Assembly: GCA_963717505.1 (NCBI GenBank)
Contig: OY970342.1
Coordinates: 3,552,001-3,616,000 of the forward strand
From: Candidatus Eiseniibacteriota bacterium
GTDB lineage: Bacteria > Eisenbacteria > RBG-16-71-46
Length of the DNA stretch: 64,000 nt
Reading direction: 5' to 3'
Part shown: piece by piece, positions 1 to 8,129 of the stretch
Numbering within the stretch: the stretch's first letter is position 1
Layout of the letters: each line of letters begins with the position of its first letter
The notes under the pieces: generated by a model
Databases searched by the model: none
The model's input: only the letters and a program-made list of their open reading frames with translations
What the model was told of the DNA's origin: nothing
Program-made: the position numbers and the translations under genes

Positions 1-1
1 C

Positions 2-220
2 ACGGCGCGCGTGGTCGCGGCGACCCGCGACATTCTGCTGGCCGGCGGCCTCGCCGCAGACAATGTTGCAGCGGCGCTCGATGCCTCGCGCCCCTTCGGC
101 GTCGATGCGTCTTCGCGGCTCGAGTCGGCACCGGGTATCAAAGACGAAGCGCGCGTGCGCGCGTTCGTCCAGGCAGTGCGTGAATGGGACGCAACCGCGA
201 CTCGAAAGGAACACCCATGA
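2..220 (+). CDS. trpF: Phosphoribosylanthranilate isomerase, C-terminal part (5' truncated by window edge)
   Basis: [12 protein letters not shown]...[18 protein letters not shown] is the TrpF C-terminal motif. The frame is open to the window start and the stop overlaps the trpB ATG (ATGA). Confidence 0.9.
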   Translation, partial: TARVVAATRDILLAGGLAADNVAAALDASRPFGVDASSRLESAPGIKDEARVRAFVQAVREWDATATRKEHP

Positions 221-1458
221 CGCCCACGCGCGGAAAGCCTGAAGTTTCGCCGGCCGCGGGCACGACCGCAGCCGCGCCGGGATCGAACGACACCGGCCAC
301 TTCGGCGAGTACGGTGGCCGATTCGTTCCCGAGACGCTGATCGCCGCCCTCGATCAGCTCGAAGCCGAGTATCGTTCCGCGCGCGCCGACGCCGGCTTCA
401 TGGCCGAGCTGTCGGCCACGCTGCGCGACTTCGCGGGCCGGCCGACCCCTCTGGTCGAGGCGAAGCGTCTGTCGGAGGCCGCCGGATGTCGCGTGTTCCT
501 CAAACGCGAGGACCTGCTGCACACCGGCGCCCACAAGATCAACAACACCATCGGCCAGTGTCTGCTGACGCGCCGCATGGGCAAGCCGCGCGTGATCGCC
601 GAGACCGGCGCCGGCCAGCACGGCGTGGCGACCGCCGCCGCCGCCGCGCGCTTCGGCCTCGAGTGTGCGGTGTACATGGGCAGCGAGGACGCGCGCCGCC
701 AACACCTGAACGTTCAGCGCATGAAGCTGCTCGGCGCCGAAGTCCGCGAGGTCGACGCCGGCAGCCGCACGCTCAAGGACGCGATCAACGAGGCCCTGCG
801 CGACTGGGTGACGCGGGTGCGCGACACGCACTACGTGCTCGGCTCGGTGCTCGGCCCGCACCCGTTCCCGACCCTGGTGCGCGACTTCCACAAAGTGATC
901 GGCGAGGAAGCGCGGGCGCAGTTCGATGCCCAGGTCGGTGGCCTGCCCGATGTGCTCGTTGCCTGCGTCGGTGGTGGCAGCAATGCGATAGGGCTGTTCC
1001 ACGCGTTCCTGGGTGAACGTGCCGTGCGCAAGATCGGCGTCGAGGCCGGCGGACACGGCATTGCTTCGGGCAAGCACGCCGCGCGGATTCCCGAACACAC
1101 GGTCGGGGTGCTGCACGGCACTCGTACGCTGGTGCTCCAGGACGCCCGCGGCATGATCCGCGAGACTCATTCGGTTTCGGCCGGACTCGACTATCCGGCG
1201 CTCGGACCCGAACACGCGTGGCTCGCCGACCAGGGACTCGCCGAGTACAGCTATGCGTCGGACGACGAAGCGCTCGACGCCTTCGAAACACTGGCGAAGC
1301 TCGAAGGCATCTTACCCGCGCTCGAGAGCGCCCACGCCGTCGCCTGGGTGCTGCGGGAAGGGAAAAAGCTCGGGCCCATGGCGCAGGTGATCGTGAATCT
1401 CTCCGGGCGCGGCGACAAAGATGTCGAAGAAGTCCTGCGCGTGAGGGGACGGAAGTAG
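217..1458 (+). CDS. trpB: Tryptophan synthase beta chain
   Basis: Motifs [28 protein letters not shown] (PLP lysine), [25 protein letters not shown] and NLSGRGDKD. The ATG at 217 follows an AAGGA RBS and is coupled to trpF. Confidence 0.97.
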   Translation: MTPTRGKPEVSPAAGTTAAAPGSNDTGHFGEYGGRFVPETLIAALDQLEAEYRSARADAGFMAELSATLRDFAGRPTPLVEAKRLSEAAGCRVFLKREDLLHTGAHKINNTIGQCLLTRRMGKPRVIAETGAGQHGVATAAAAARFGLECAVYMGSEDARRQHLNVQRMKLLGAEVREVDAGSRTLKDAINEALRDWVTRVRDTHYVLGSVLGPHPFPTLVRDFHKVIGEEARAQFDAQVGGLPDVLVACVGGGSNAIGLFHAFLGERAVRKIGVEAGGHGIASGKHAARIPEHTVGVLHGTRTLVLQDARGMIRETHSVSAGLDYPALGPEHAWLADQGLAEYSYASDDEALDAFETLAKLEGILPALESAHAVAWVLREGKKLGPMAQVIVNLSGRGDKDVEEVLRVRGRK

Positions 1459-1473
1459 CGGCGGCAGACTCCT

Positions 1474-1558
1474 GACATCCCCCGGGGCATGTCGGCGCGG
1501 CGCTAAGTGGAACTGTCCGCGCGGACAGTCCAGGCGCAACTGTCCCCGGGGACAGTTG
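1474..1558. repeat. Three tandem palindromes between trpB and the tRNA promoter
   Basis: GACATCCCCCGGGGCATGTC (1474-1493, one mismatch pair), ACTGTCCGCGCGGACAGT (1512-1529, perfect) and CAACTGTCCCCGGGGACAGTTG (1537-1558, perfect). Confidence 0.85.
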
Positions 1559-1594
1559 AAGGCGGGGCGCCGGAGGCGCGCCGCAGGCGGCATG

Positions 1595-1603
1595 TGCTAT
1601 AAA
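1595..1603 (+). promoter_or_regulatory. Putative extended -10 promoter for tRNA-Arg
   Basis: TGcTATAAA lies 10 nt upstream of the mature tRNA 5' end. Confidence 0.55.
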
Positions 1604-1613
1604 CGTTGGTCCC

Positions 1614-1690
1614 GCGCCCGTAGCTCAATTGGATAGAGCGTTAGCCTCCGGAGCTAAAGGTTACAGGTTCGATTCCTGTCGGGCGCACCA
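1614..1690 (+). tRNA. tRNA-Arg (anticodon CCG)
   Basis: Cloverleaf: acceptor stem GCGCCCG/CGGGCGC, D arm GCTC/GAGC, anticodon arm TTAGC-CTCCGGA-GCTAA, T arm ACAGG-TTCGATT-CCTGT, and an encoded 3' CCA. Confidence 0.97.
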
Positions 1691-1956
1691 CCACCGCACG
1701 TACGTCGATCCAGTACTCATGTACCGCCCCAATCGGTGACGGCCGGTTGGGGCGGTCTTGCTTGAAGCACGCCGCGGCAGCATTGGGCTGACTGGAAATT
1801 CAGGAAAGTTGCTGAAGCCGTACCAGAGCACAGAAATCCGGATAGACCGGTGGGCCGGAGCCAGTGAAATTTGGTATGGAGTGGGGCCAGGGACAGGCGT
1901 AGACTTTTCTCCACGCGGATGCGCTCCCCATGCCGCGTTTGAGAAAGGAGCGACCC

Positions 1957-4386
1957 ATGTCCCAGCTCCGCCTCGTGCTCATCGGCAGTCTGCTCGCCGC
2001 GATCGCACCCGCGGCTCGAGCTCAGAACATCCAGAGGGACCTCGCAATGGTAACGGGGAGCGTCAACGCCATGGCGATCCGCGGCAGGACGCTCTACCTC
2101 GGGGGTAACTTCACCTCGATTGGCCCAACGACCGGCGCATTCGCGATCGTCGATACGGTAGACGGCAGCTACCGTGGCGGCCCCCAGGTTCTCGGCTATG
2201 TGACGTCGATCGTGTCGGACGGATCCGGCGGTTGGTACCTGGGAGGCACGTTCTCGGCGGTCGGAGGAATGCCCCGAGCCAATCTCGCCCATGTTCTCGC
2301 CGACGGTTCGGTGTCGCCATGGAATCCCGGCACCAACGGCGATGTGCGATCGATCGCCCTGGACGGAACGGTACTCTATGTCGGCGGTGCCTACTCCACG
2401 GCGGGCGGCGCCGCCCGCGCCAATCTCGCCGCCATCGACGTGGCATCGGGAGCCGCGACGTCGTGGAACCCTGCACCCAACAGCCAGGTGAACGTGGTCA
2501 GTCCTCACGGAGGAGTGGTGTACGCGGGTGGTTTCTTCACGCAGATCGGTGGTCAGCCTCGGAATCGAGTCGCTGCGCTGAGTCCCGCGACCGGGTCCGC
2601 GACCGGCTGGAATCCGGACGCGAACAACACCATCCGAGCGATGGCCTTCAGGGATACGGTGATCTATCTGGGCGGAGACTTCGCCACGGTCGGAGGTCAG
2701 CCGCGCGGACGCTTTGCCATTGTCGGCGCGGTCGGAGGAGCGCCCACCGCGTGGGCTCCTTCCTTCACGCACACCGATTTCCATTTTGAGCCGTTCGTCT
2801 CAGCAATCACCGTGTCCGATTCCCGTCTGTATGTGGGCGGCTTCTTCAATCGCGTCGACGGAGTGACCCGCGTTGGCGCGGCGGACTTCGACGCCGGAAC
2901 CGGGGCCCTTGGGGCGTGGAATCCGGGGGTCAACACTGGCATGACCCAGATTCTGGCTTCGGGCCCCAAGCTCTATCTCGCGGGGAATCTGAACTACCTT
3001 GTCGGATCCGAGGCGAGGAATGGTCCGGCCGCAGTCGACGTCGCGACCGGAGTGATTCCGGCCTGGGACCCGAAGCCCTCCAACTATTGCTGGACGCTGG
3101 CGGAGTCCGGCGGCCGGATCGCGATGGGTGGAGGTTTCCAGAGCGTCAACTTCAAGACCCGATACAACCTCGCGGCCATCAATCTGGACACCGGACAGCC
3201 CACCGATTGGAACCCGGGAACGAATGATGTGGTCTATGCGCTGGCCGCAGGGGACTCGGTAATTTTCGCGGGCGGCCAATTCTCGGAGATCGGCGGGCAG
3301 ACCCGATACAACCTCGCCGCTCTCGACCCGGTCACTGGAGTTCCCACCGCGTGGGACCCTGCCGTGAACGGCAACGGCGGTGGCGCGTATCTACTCGCGC
3401 TGGCGACATCGGGGCCGACGGTCTATGTCGGCGGGATCTTCACCAGTATCGGCGGACAGAACCGCAATTTCATTGCCGCGCTGAACGGCGCCGGTTCGGC
3501 GACGCCTTGGGACCCGTCGCCAGACGGGCCGGTCTGGTCTCTTGCCGCGACCCCGACGGCCGTGTACGCGGGGGGAGAGTTCACCCAGATCGGATCCGCC
3601 ACGCGCAATCATCTCGCCGCCATCAGCCCGGCGACCGGTGCCGCCACCGCCTGGAATCCCTCGGTGACGGGCTCGAACGTGAATGCGATCGTGCCCCATG
3701 GGAATGTCGTCTACGTCGGCGGGAGCTTCACCCAGATCGGCTCTTCGAATCGAAACGGTCTCGCGGCGATTCGGGTCAGCAACGGAAATGCGACCACCTG
3801 GAACCCCGGCGCTACGAATGCCGACCCGGCAACCGTGAACGCAATCGCCGTCGATCGGACGCGCGTTATTGCAGCCGGTGCTTTCTCGAATCTCGGTGGC
3901 GGCGCGTCCGCGAACGTGGCGGCCATCGATTCGACTTCAGGCTCGGCCCTGAGCTGGAATCCCGGTGTCCCCGACTACTGCCAGTCCCTGGCGCTGGACA
4001 AGTCCAGGGTGTACGTCGGAGGTGTGTTTATGTCTGTGGGCCTGTGGCCCCGGCGCGGCATCGCGGGAATCTACGAACCGGGCGTCGTCGGCGTTGATCC
4101 CCTGCCGATCGCCGAACCTGGACTCGCCCTGAGTGTGGCTCCGAATCCGAGCGGTGGGATCCTGCGTCTCGACTTCGTGGTGCCGGAGACTGCGCCCGTG
4201 AAACTCCGGATCTATGACGTGCAGGGACGCATCGTCGAGAGCCTGGTCGACGGATGGGTCGAAGCCGGGCCTCATCACGTGGAATGGACTGGAATGTCGC
4301 GGCGGGCACCCGTTAGCGCCGGCCTCTACTTCGTCCAGCTCGAAGTCGCGGGTCGAAAGGTGAGCCGCAGGGTCGTTCGGATGTGA
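1957..4386 (+). CDS. Secreted repeat (beta-propeller-like) protein with C-terminal FlgD-Ig/T9SS-type domain
   Basis: AAGGAG RBS and signal peptide (…AAIAPAARA). About 12 repeats of VYxGGxFTxIGGxxRxxLAAxDxxTGxxTxWNPxxN. C-terminus APNPS…IYDVQGRIV…AGLYFVQLE. Confidence 0.85.
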   Translation: MSQLRLVLIGSLLAAIAPAARAQNIQRDLAMVTGSVNAMAIRGRTLYLGGNFTSIGPTTGAFAIVDTVDGSYRGGPQVLGYVTSIVSDGSGGWYLGGTFSAVGGMPRANLAHVLADGSVSPWNPGTNGDVRSIALDGTVLYVGGAYSTAGGAARANLAAIDVASGAATSWNPAPNSQVNVVSPHGGVVYAGGFFTQIGGQPRNRVAALSPATGSATGWNPDANNTIRAMAFRDTVIYLGGDFATVGGQPRGRFAIVGAVGGAPTAWAPSFTHTDFHFEPFVSAITVSDSRLYVGGFFNRVDGVTRVGAADFDAGTGALGAWNPGVNTGMTQILASGPKLYLAGNLNYLVGSEARNGPAAVDVATGVIPAWDPKPSNYCWTLAESGGRIAMGGGFQSVNFKTRYNLAAINLDTGQPTDWNPGTNDVVYALAAGDSVIFAGGQFSEIGGQTRYNLAALDPVTGVPTAWDPAVNGNGGGAYLLALATSGPTVYVGGIFTSIGGQNRNFIAALNGAGSATPWDPSPDGPVWSLAATPTAVYAGGEFTQIGSATRNHLAAISPATGAATAWNPSVTGSNVNAIVPHGNVVYVGGSFTQIGSSNRNGLAAIRVSNGNATTWNPGATNADPATVNAIAVDRTRVIAAGAFSNLGGGASANVAAIDSTSGSALSWNPGVPDYCQSLALDKSRVYVGGVFMSVGLWPRRGIAGIYEPGVVGVDPLPIAEPGLALSVAPNPSGGILRLDFVVPETAPVKLRIYDVQGRIVESLVDGWVEAGPHHVEWTGMSRRAPVSAGLYFVQLEVAGRKVSRRVVRM

Positions 4387-4446
4387 TCAGATCGAGCAGT
4401 CACTTCTTGCTCTCCCGGAAACCCAGCCCGAGGTAGCCTCCAGCCA

Positions 4447-4617
4447 ATGAGCGCCAAGCGAACCGTTTGGATCGGGGCCATTGTCGGCTCGACAATCGGG
4501 GGCATGATCCCCAGCTTGTGGCATGCCTCGTGGTTGTCGATGTCGAGCATTCTCCTCTCGACGATCGGCGGCATCGCCGGCATATGGCTGGGTTGGAAGA
4601 TTGGCCGCATCACCTGA
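4447..4617 (+). CDS. Small (56 aa) Gly-rich two-helix membrane protein, not in the ORF track
   Basis: Manual translation gives MSAKRTVWIGAIVGSTIGGMIPSLWHASWLSMSSILLSTIGGIAGIWLGWKIGRIT. It has a GAGG upstream and exactly fills the intergenic gap. Confidence 0.7.
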   Translation: MSAKRTVWIGAIVGSTIGGMIPSLWHASWLSMSSILLSTIGGIAGIWLGWKIGRIT

Positions 4618-4646
4618 ACTAGCCTCATCGCGAGGTTCAGACCTGC

Positions 4647-5477
4647 TTACACACCGACGCGTCGCCCAACGAGCGGCTTCGCCACCGCCGCCAGAATCAG
4701 AAGAGCGCCGAATACGCACACCACGCTCGCGCCCGGTGGGGCGCTCAGCCACACCGAGGTCATCATTCCGAGCACGCTGGCCAGCGTCGCCACCGTCCAG
4801 CCGATCGCCAGTCGAATGCCGACCGGCTCCGCGAACAACACGGCGATGACGCTCGGCACGATGAGATAACTGAACACCACCAACACGCCGCCCAGCTCTA
4901 CTGAGGCGGCGACCGTGAGGCCAAAGGTCGCGTAGAAGAGAAAGTCCCAGAGCTTGACGTTGATTCCCCGCGCCTTGGCGGCGACCGGATCCTGCGAGAT
5001 CTGGAGCAACGTCTTACGCCAGGCGACATGCAGCGCCCCGAGGACTACATAGAGGATGGCCAGGCGGAGGACATCCTTGGGGCCCACCGCCAGGAGCTGC
5101 CCGACCAGGACGTCGCGAATGTGCTCGGCCCCGTGCGGCGCGTTGTTGAGGATGAGCACAGTGGCCGCTGCGGCGACGGCGTAGACGATGCCGATGATCG
5201 CCTCCTGCGGGACACGACCCTTTTCCGAGCGAGTCAGCGAGAAGGTGGCCGCACCCAGCGTGGTGAATCCGAGCGCGAACCCGTACGTGCCAGGATCGTG
5301 CGGCTCCCATCCCCACAACGACGCCACCGCCGCACCCATCACCGCCATCTGCGCCAGGGAGAGGTCGACGAAGATGACCTCTCGTTCGACGACGTGGAGT
5401 CCCAGGTAAACGTGAATGCTCGCGATGCACAGCAGGCCGAGCAGCGGCCACAACAGGAATGGCAGCTGCTCCATCAT
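4647..5477 (-). CDS. Metal ABC transporter permease (ABC-3, ZnuB/MntB-like)
   Basis: Motifs HVYLGLHVVEREVIFVDLSLAQ, EAIIGIVY and SVELGGVLVVFSYLIVP, with about 8 TM segments. The start overlaps the SBP stop (ATGA). Confidence 0.9.
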   Translation of the reverse strand: MMEQLPFLLWPLLGLLCIASIHVYLGLHVVEREVIFVDLSLAQMAVMGAAVASLWGWEPHDPGTYGFALGFTTLGAATFSLTRSEKGRVPQEAIIGIVYAVAAAATVLILNNAPHGAEHIRDVLVGQLLAVGPKDVLRLAILYVVLGALHVAWRKTLLQISQDPVAAKARGINVKLWDFLFYATFGLTVAASVELGGVLVVFSYLIVPSVIAVLFAEPVGIRLAIGWTVATLASVLGMMTSVWLSAPPGASVVCVFGALLILAAVAKPLVGRRVGV

Positions 5478-6463
5478 GGCTTGCCACCCTTGAGCGCCTG
5501 GCCAATCAGGGCGAGCTGCCGGTCGAACAGATCGAAATAGGTCTTGATGCCGTCTTCGGCGCCGACCGAGGTCGGTAGCACCACCAACGGCACGCCGGTG
5601 TCGGTTGCGATCTTCTGCGGCAGGCGAGGGTCGAAGAAGTCCTCCATGATCAGCAGCCGGACGCCGCCCTGCTTCATCTGAGCGACCAGGTCCTGGACGT
5701 GGTTGGGCGAGGGTGGAATGCCGGGCCGGGGCTCGACGTAGTTCACGACCTCGAAGCCGAACGCCCGAGCGAAGTAGGACCACGAGCGATGGTAGGTCAC
5801 GACTTTGACGCCGGTGAGTCCAATAGTCTGGGCTTGGGCCTTGAGGCGGGTCGCGGCTTCCCCGACCCGCTTCTCGAAGTCCGCGCAGCGCTGGTTGAAT
5901 AGCGCGGCATCCGAGGGCGATATCCGCAGGAGGCCATCGCGGATGGCGCGGGCGATGCCAATGCCATTCGTGGGATCGAGCCAGTAGTGGGGATTGCCGA
6001 ACGGATGGACGTCGCCGAGCGTTCGACTCACCGAGCTCGGGATCTCGATGATCTCGACCTGACTCGAAGCGTCGACGAAACCCGATCCACCCGTCAAGAT
6101 CTTCGAGTTCCGCGAGCCGCTCAGCAGCCCGGGGACCCAACCGACCTCGAGATCGCGCCCAACCTCGATGAACAAATCCGCTTTCTTGAGCTGCACCATG
6201 TACGAGGGCTTGGCATCCACGAAGTGCGGATCCTGATATCCACGGCAGATCGCGGACACCGCCACCCGATCGCCACCCACCTCGCGCGCGATCGCCGCCA
6301 GGTCTTCGGTGGTCGCCACGACCTGGAGCGGCTTGCTGGCAGCGTCGGCCGTGGCAATGAATGGGATCTGGGCGCCAACGGCCAGCATCGATGCCCAGGC
6401 GAGTGGGAAGGCAAGGCTGCGCACCTGCTGCATCCACGCGCGAGCCGAAGGGATCGAGTTCAT
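5474..6463 (-). CDS. Zn/Mn-type ABC solute-binding protein (ZnuA/MntA/TroA family)
   Basis: Motifs VVATTEDLAAIAREVGG, QDPHFVDAKPS, GDVHPFGNPHYWLDP, VVTYHRSWSYF and EPRPGIPPSP, plus a signal peptide. Confidence 0.92.
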   Translation of the reverse strand: MNSIPSARAWMQQVRSLAFPLAWASMLAVGAQIPFIATADAASKPLQVVATTEDLAAIAREVGGDRVAVSAICRGYQDPHFVDAKPSYMVQLKKADLFIEVGRDLEVGWVPGLLSGSRNSKILTGGSGFVDASSQVEIIEIPSSVSRTLGDVHPFGNPHYWLDPTNGIGIARAIRDGLLRISPSDAALFNQRCADFEKRVGEAATRLKAQAQTIGLTGVKVVTYHRSWSYFARAFGFEVVNYVEPRPGIPPSPNHVQDLVAQMKQGGVRLLIMEDFFDPRLPQKIATDTGVPLVVLPTSVGAEDGIKTYFDLFDRQLALIGQALKGGKP

Positions 6464-6473
6464 GGCAGCTCCG

Positions 6474-7598
6474 TCAGTAGGGGTGTGCGCCGTGCGGGCC
6501 GATGTTGAACGTCCACTTGAAGAACATGGCGTCGTGTTCGCTGTCGTCGAGGGCGTCGCGCACGCGCCGGCCCTGCAGGCTGAGCACCGAGAACTCGCTC
6601 GGCTGGTATTGAAGGAGCGCGAGCGCGCCGCTCACGTGGTCCGGCGCGTCGGGTCGTTCGGTCCAGTCGTATCGCCCACCCACCTTCCACTGGCGCGCAA
6701 ACTGATAGAGCACGTAGCCAAACCAGCCACCCCGACGCTCGGAGTCCTCGCCCGAGCCCTGTTCGCCGAGGAACTCGGCCTGGAGGATCAGGGACCGGTA
6801 GATGCTGCGCCGTGGGTTCTTCCAGCGCAGGATGATGTCGGCACCGCCGAGCTGCGCCCGATTCCCCTCGGGGAGCAGGTCCTCATGGGCGGAAGCATTG
6901 GCGTAGGACATCCCGAGGTTGAGATCGGTGCTCTCGCTGATCGGGACGAATACGCTCGAGCGTCCCACCCACAAGACGTCCGATCGTGAGCGCGACTCGA
7001 ACAGCGGCTGCTCGTCGGGCTCCGGAACCGTGCCGACATTGGCGACCAGGTCCCAATAGAGGTCGAGCGGGTTGGGGATCAGCAGGGACGCCGTGGCGCC
7101 ACTGGTGACCAGACCCTCTTCGCCGAGAAACGCCACGGTCGCGAGGGGACGATCGGCGAAGGGCGTCTCCGGCGGATGCGTGCGATTGAACTTGCCGAGA
7201 TCGGCCCGATACTTCCCGACCTTCGCCTGGCCGCCGCCAGGCAGCGCCAGCCAGGTCAGGTAGCCTTCTTCGACCTCCAGCCCCTCGGGGCCGGCCGACA
7301 GGAAGAAGTCCGCGCGCGTGAACGGGTCCACCGCTGCCTGGAACCCGAGTTCCGCTTCGGGCAGCTCGAAGGGATTCTCCTGGACGGTCGGGTCGTTGCC
7401 TGAGACCGCTTGAAACCAGCCGATCACGCTGATCGCGGGATTGGCGAGCGAGGCGCCGGCGGCGGAGCCGCCGGTCGTCGCGGCGACGTTGGGGTACGAC
7501 GCCGACGGTGCGGCCACAGTGGTGTCAGCAACTTGTCCCTGGGCGACACGCGCCCAGGCCAGCGCAAGCATTACGGCAACCCATGCGAACCGGAGCAT
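6474..7598 (-). CDS. Outer-membrane beta-barrel (porin-like) protein associated with metal uptake
   Basis: Signal peptide, NPAISVIG, EAELGFQAAVDPF, VEEGYLTW, FGKxNxxH-like LGKFNRTH, alternating beta-strands, and His-containing C-terminus FNIGPHGAHPY. RBS AAGGGG. Confidence 0.8.
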   Translation of the reverse strand: MLRFAWVAVMLALAWARVAQGQVADTTVAAPSASYPNVAATTGGSAAGASLANPAISVIGWFQAVSGNDPTVQENPFELPEAELGFQAAVDPFTRADFFLSAGPEGLEVEEGYLTWLALPGGGQAKVGKYRADLGKFNRTHPPETPFADRPLATVAFLGEEGLVTSGATASLLIPNPLDLYWDLVANVGTVPEPDEQPLFESRSRSDVLWVGRSSVFVPISESTDLNLGMSYANASAHEDLLPEGNRAQLGGADIILRWKNPRRSIYRSLILQAEFLGEQGSGEDSERRGGWFGYVLYQFARQWKVGGRYDWTERPDAPDHVSGALALLQYQPSEFSVLSLQGRRVRDALDDSEHDAMFFKWTFNIGPHGAHPY

Positions 7599-7718
7599 CC
7601 GATCGGTCCCCTTTCATGCCCGACGCAAACGGAGCCAATGCGGGCAAGGCGCAGGTCGGCGGGCAGAGTGTCTAGGATTGGCGCCGTTCGGCGCGCCAAG
7701 GCGGGGAAGCGAAGAGTC

Positions 7719-8012
7719 TCAGGCCAGCGGGGGTGCGCGACCTCGGGGAACGGCGGCGGCGATGGAGCGCGGGGTGGTGGGGATTGGGGCGGCCAGGCGT
7801 CTGCTCAGGGACGGGGGAACACCGAGCACGGGGAGAGGTCCGGTTTCCATGGACGTCGAATAAGCCGCCGTGCACACCGCGCAGATGTGGGAGGTGGAGT
7901 CCCCGTGATGCTGGTGTATCCCGATGGCGAGCAGGCCGATGGTCAGCACCAGCCCGACCAAAGGCGAGAGCCACCGAGTGCAGCGCCTGAACGACATGAT
8001 GGATAGGGACAT
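7719..8012 (-). CDS. DUF2946/CruR-like leader protein (TM/signal, HQHH, CxxC, C-terminal RAPP)
   Basis: MSLSIMSFRRCTRWLSPLVGLVLTIGLLAIGIHQHHGDSTSHICAVC…PRGRAPPLA. GAGGT lies 8 nt before the ATG at 8012 (alternative start 7997). Confidence 0.8.
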   Translation of the reverse strand: MSLSIMSFRRCTRWLSPLVGLVLTIGLLAIGIHQHHGDSTSHICAVCTAAYSTSMETGPLPVLGVPPSLSRRLAAPIPTTPRSIAAAVPRGRAPPLA

Positions 8013-8052
8013 GTCTGAATACCTCACGGCTCGGCCCCACCGAGCTTTCGAG

Positions 8053-8081
8053 AGCGTGGCCATTGAGGGAGGGCGTGTCAA
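8053..8081 (-). promoter_or_regulatory. Possible sigma70 promoter for the leader/metal-uptake operon
   Basis: Perfect TTGACA (8081-8076), a 17-nt spacer, and a weak -10 CACGCT. Confidence 0.35.
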
Positions 8082-8129
8082 GACGTGCGATCGATTGTCC
8101 CGATAGGCCCACCTCGTTAGTCTGCGCTC

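Noticed and set aside
1474-1558. Mini-CRISPR or intrinsic terminator
   Set aside because: The units are not identical, the gaps are only 7-18 bp, and no U-tract follows.
1614-4617. Genomic island integrated at tRNA-Arg
   Set aside because: There is no adjacent integrase, and I could not find a duplicated tRNA 3' end. The slightly different codon style alone is not enough.
4647-6437. 596-aa SBP-permease fusion suggested by the ORF track
   Set aside because: The N-terminal 320 aa is an off-frame read of the SBP gene. The permease starts at 5477 with an ATGA overlap.
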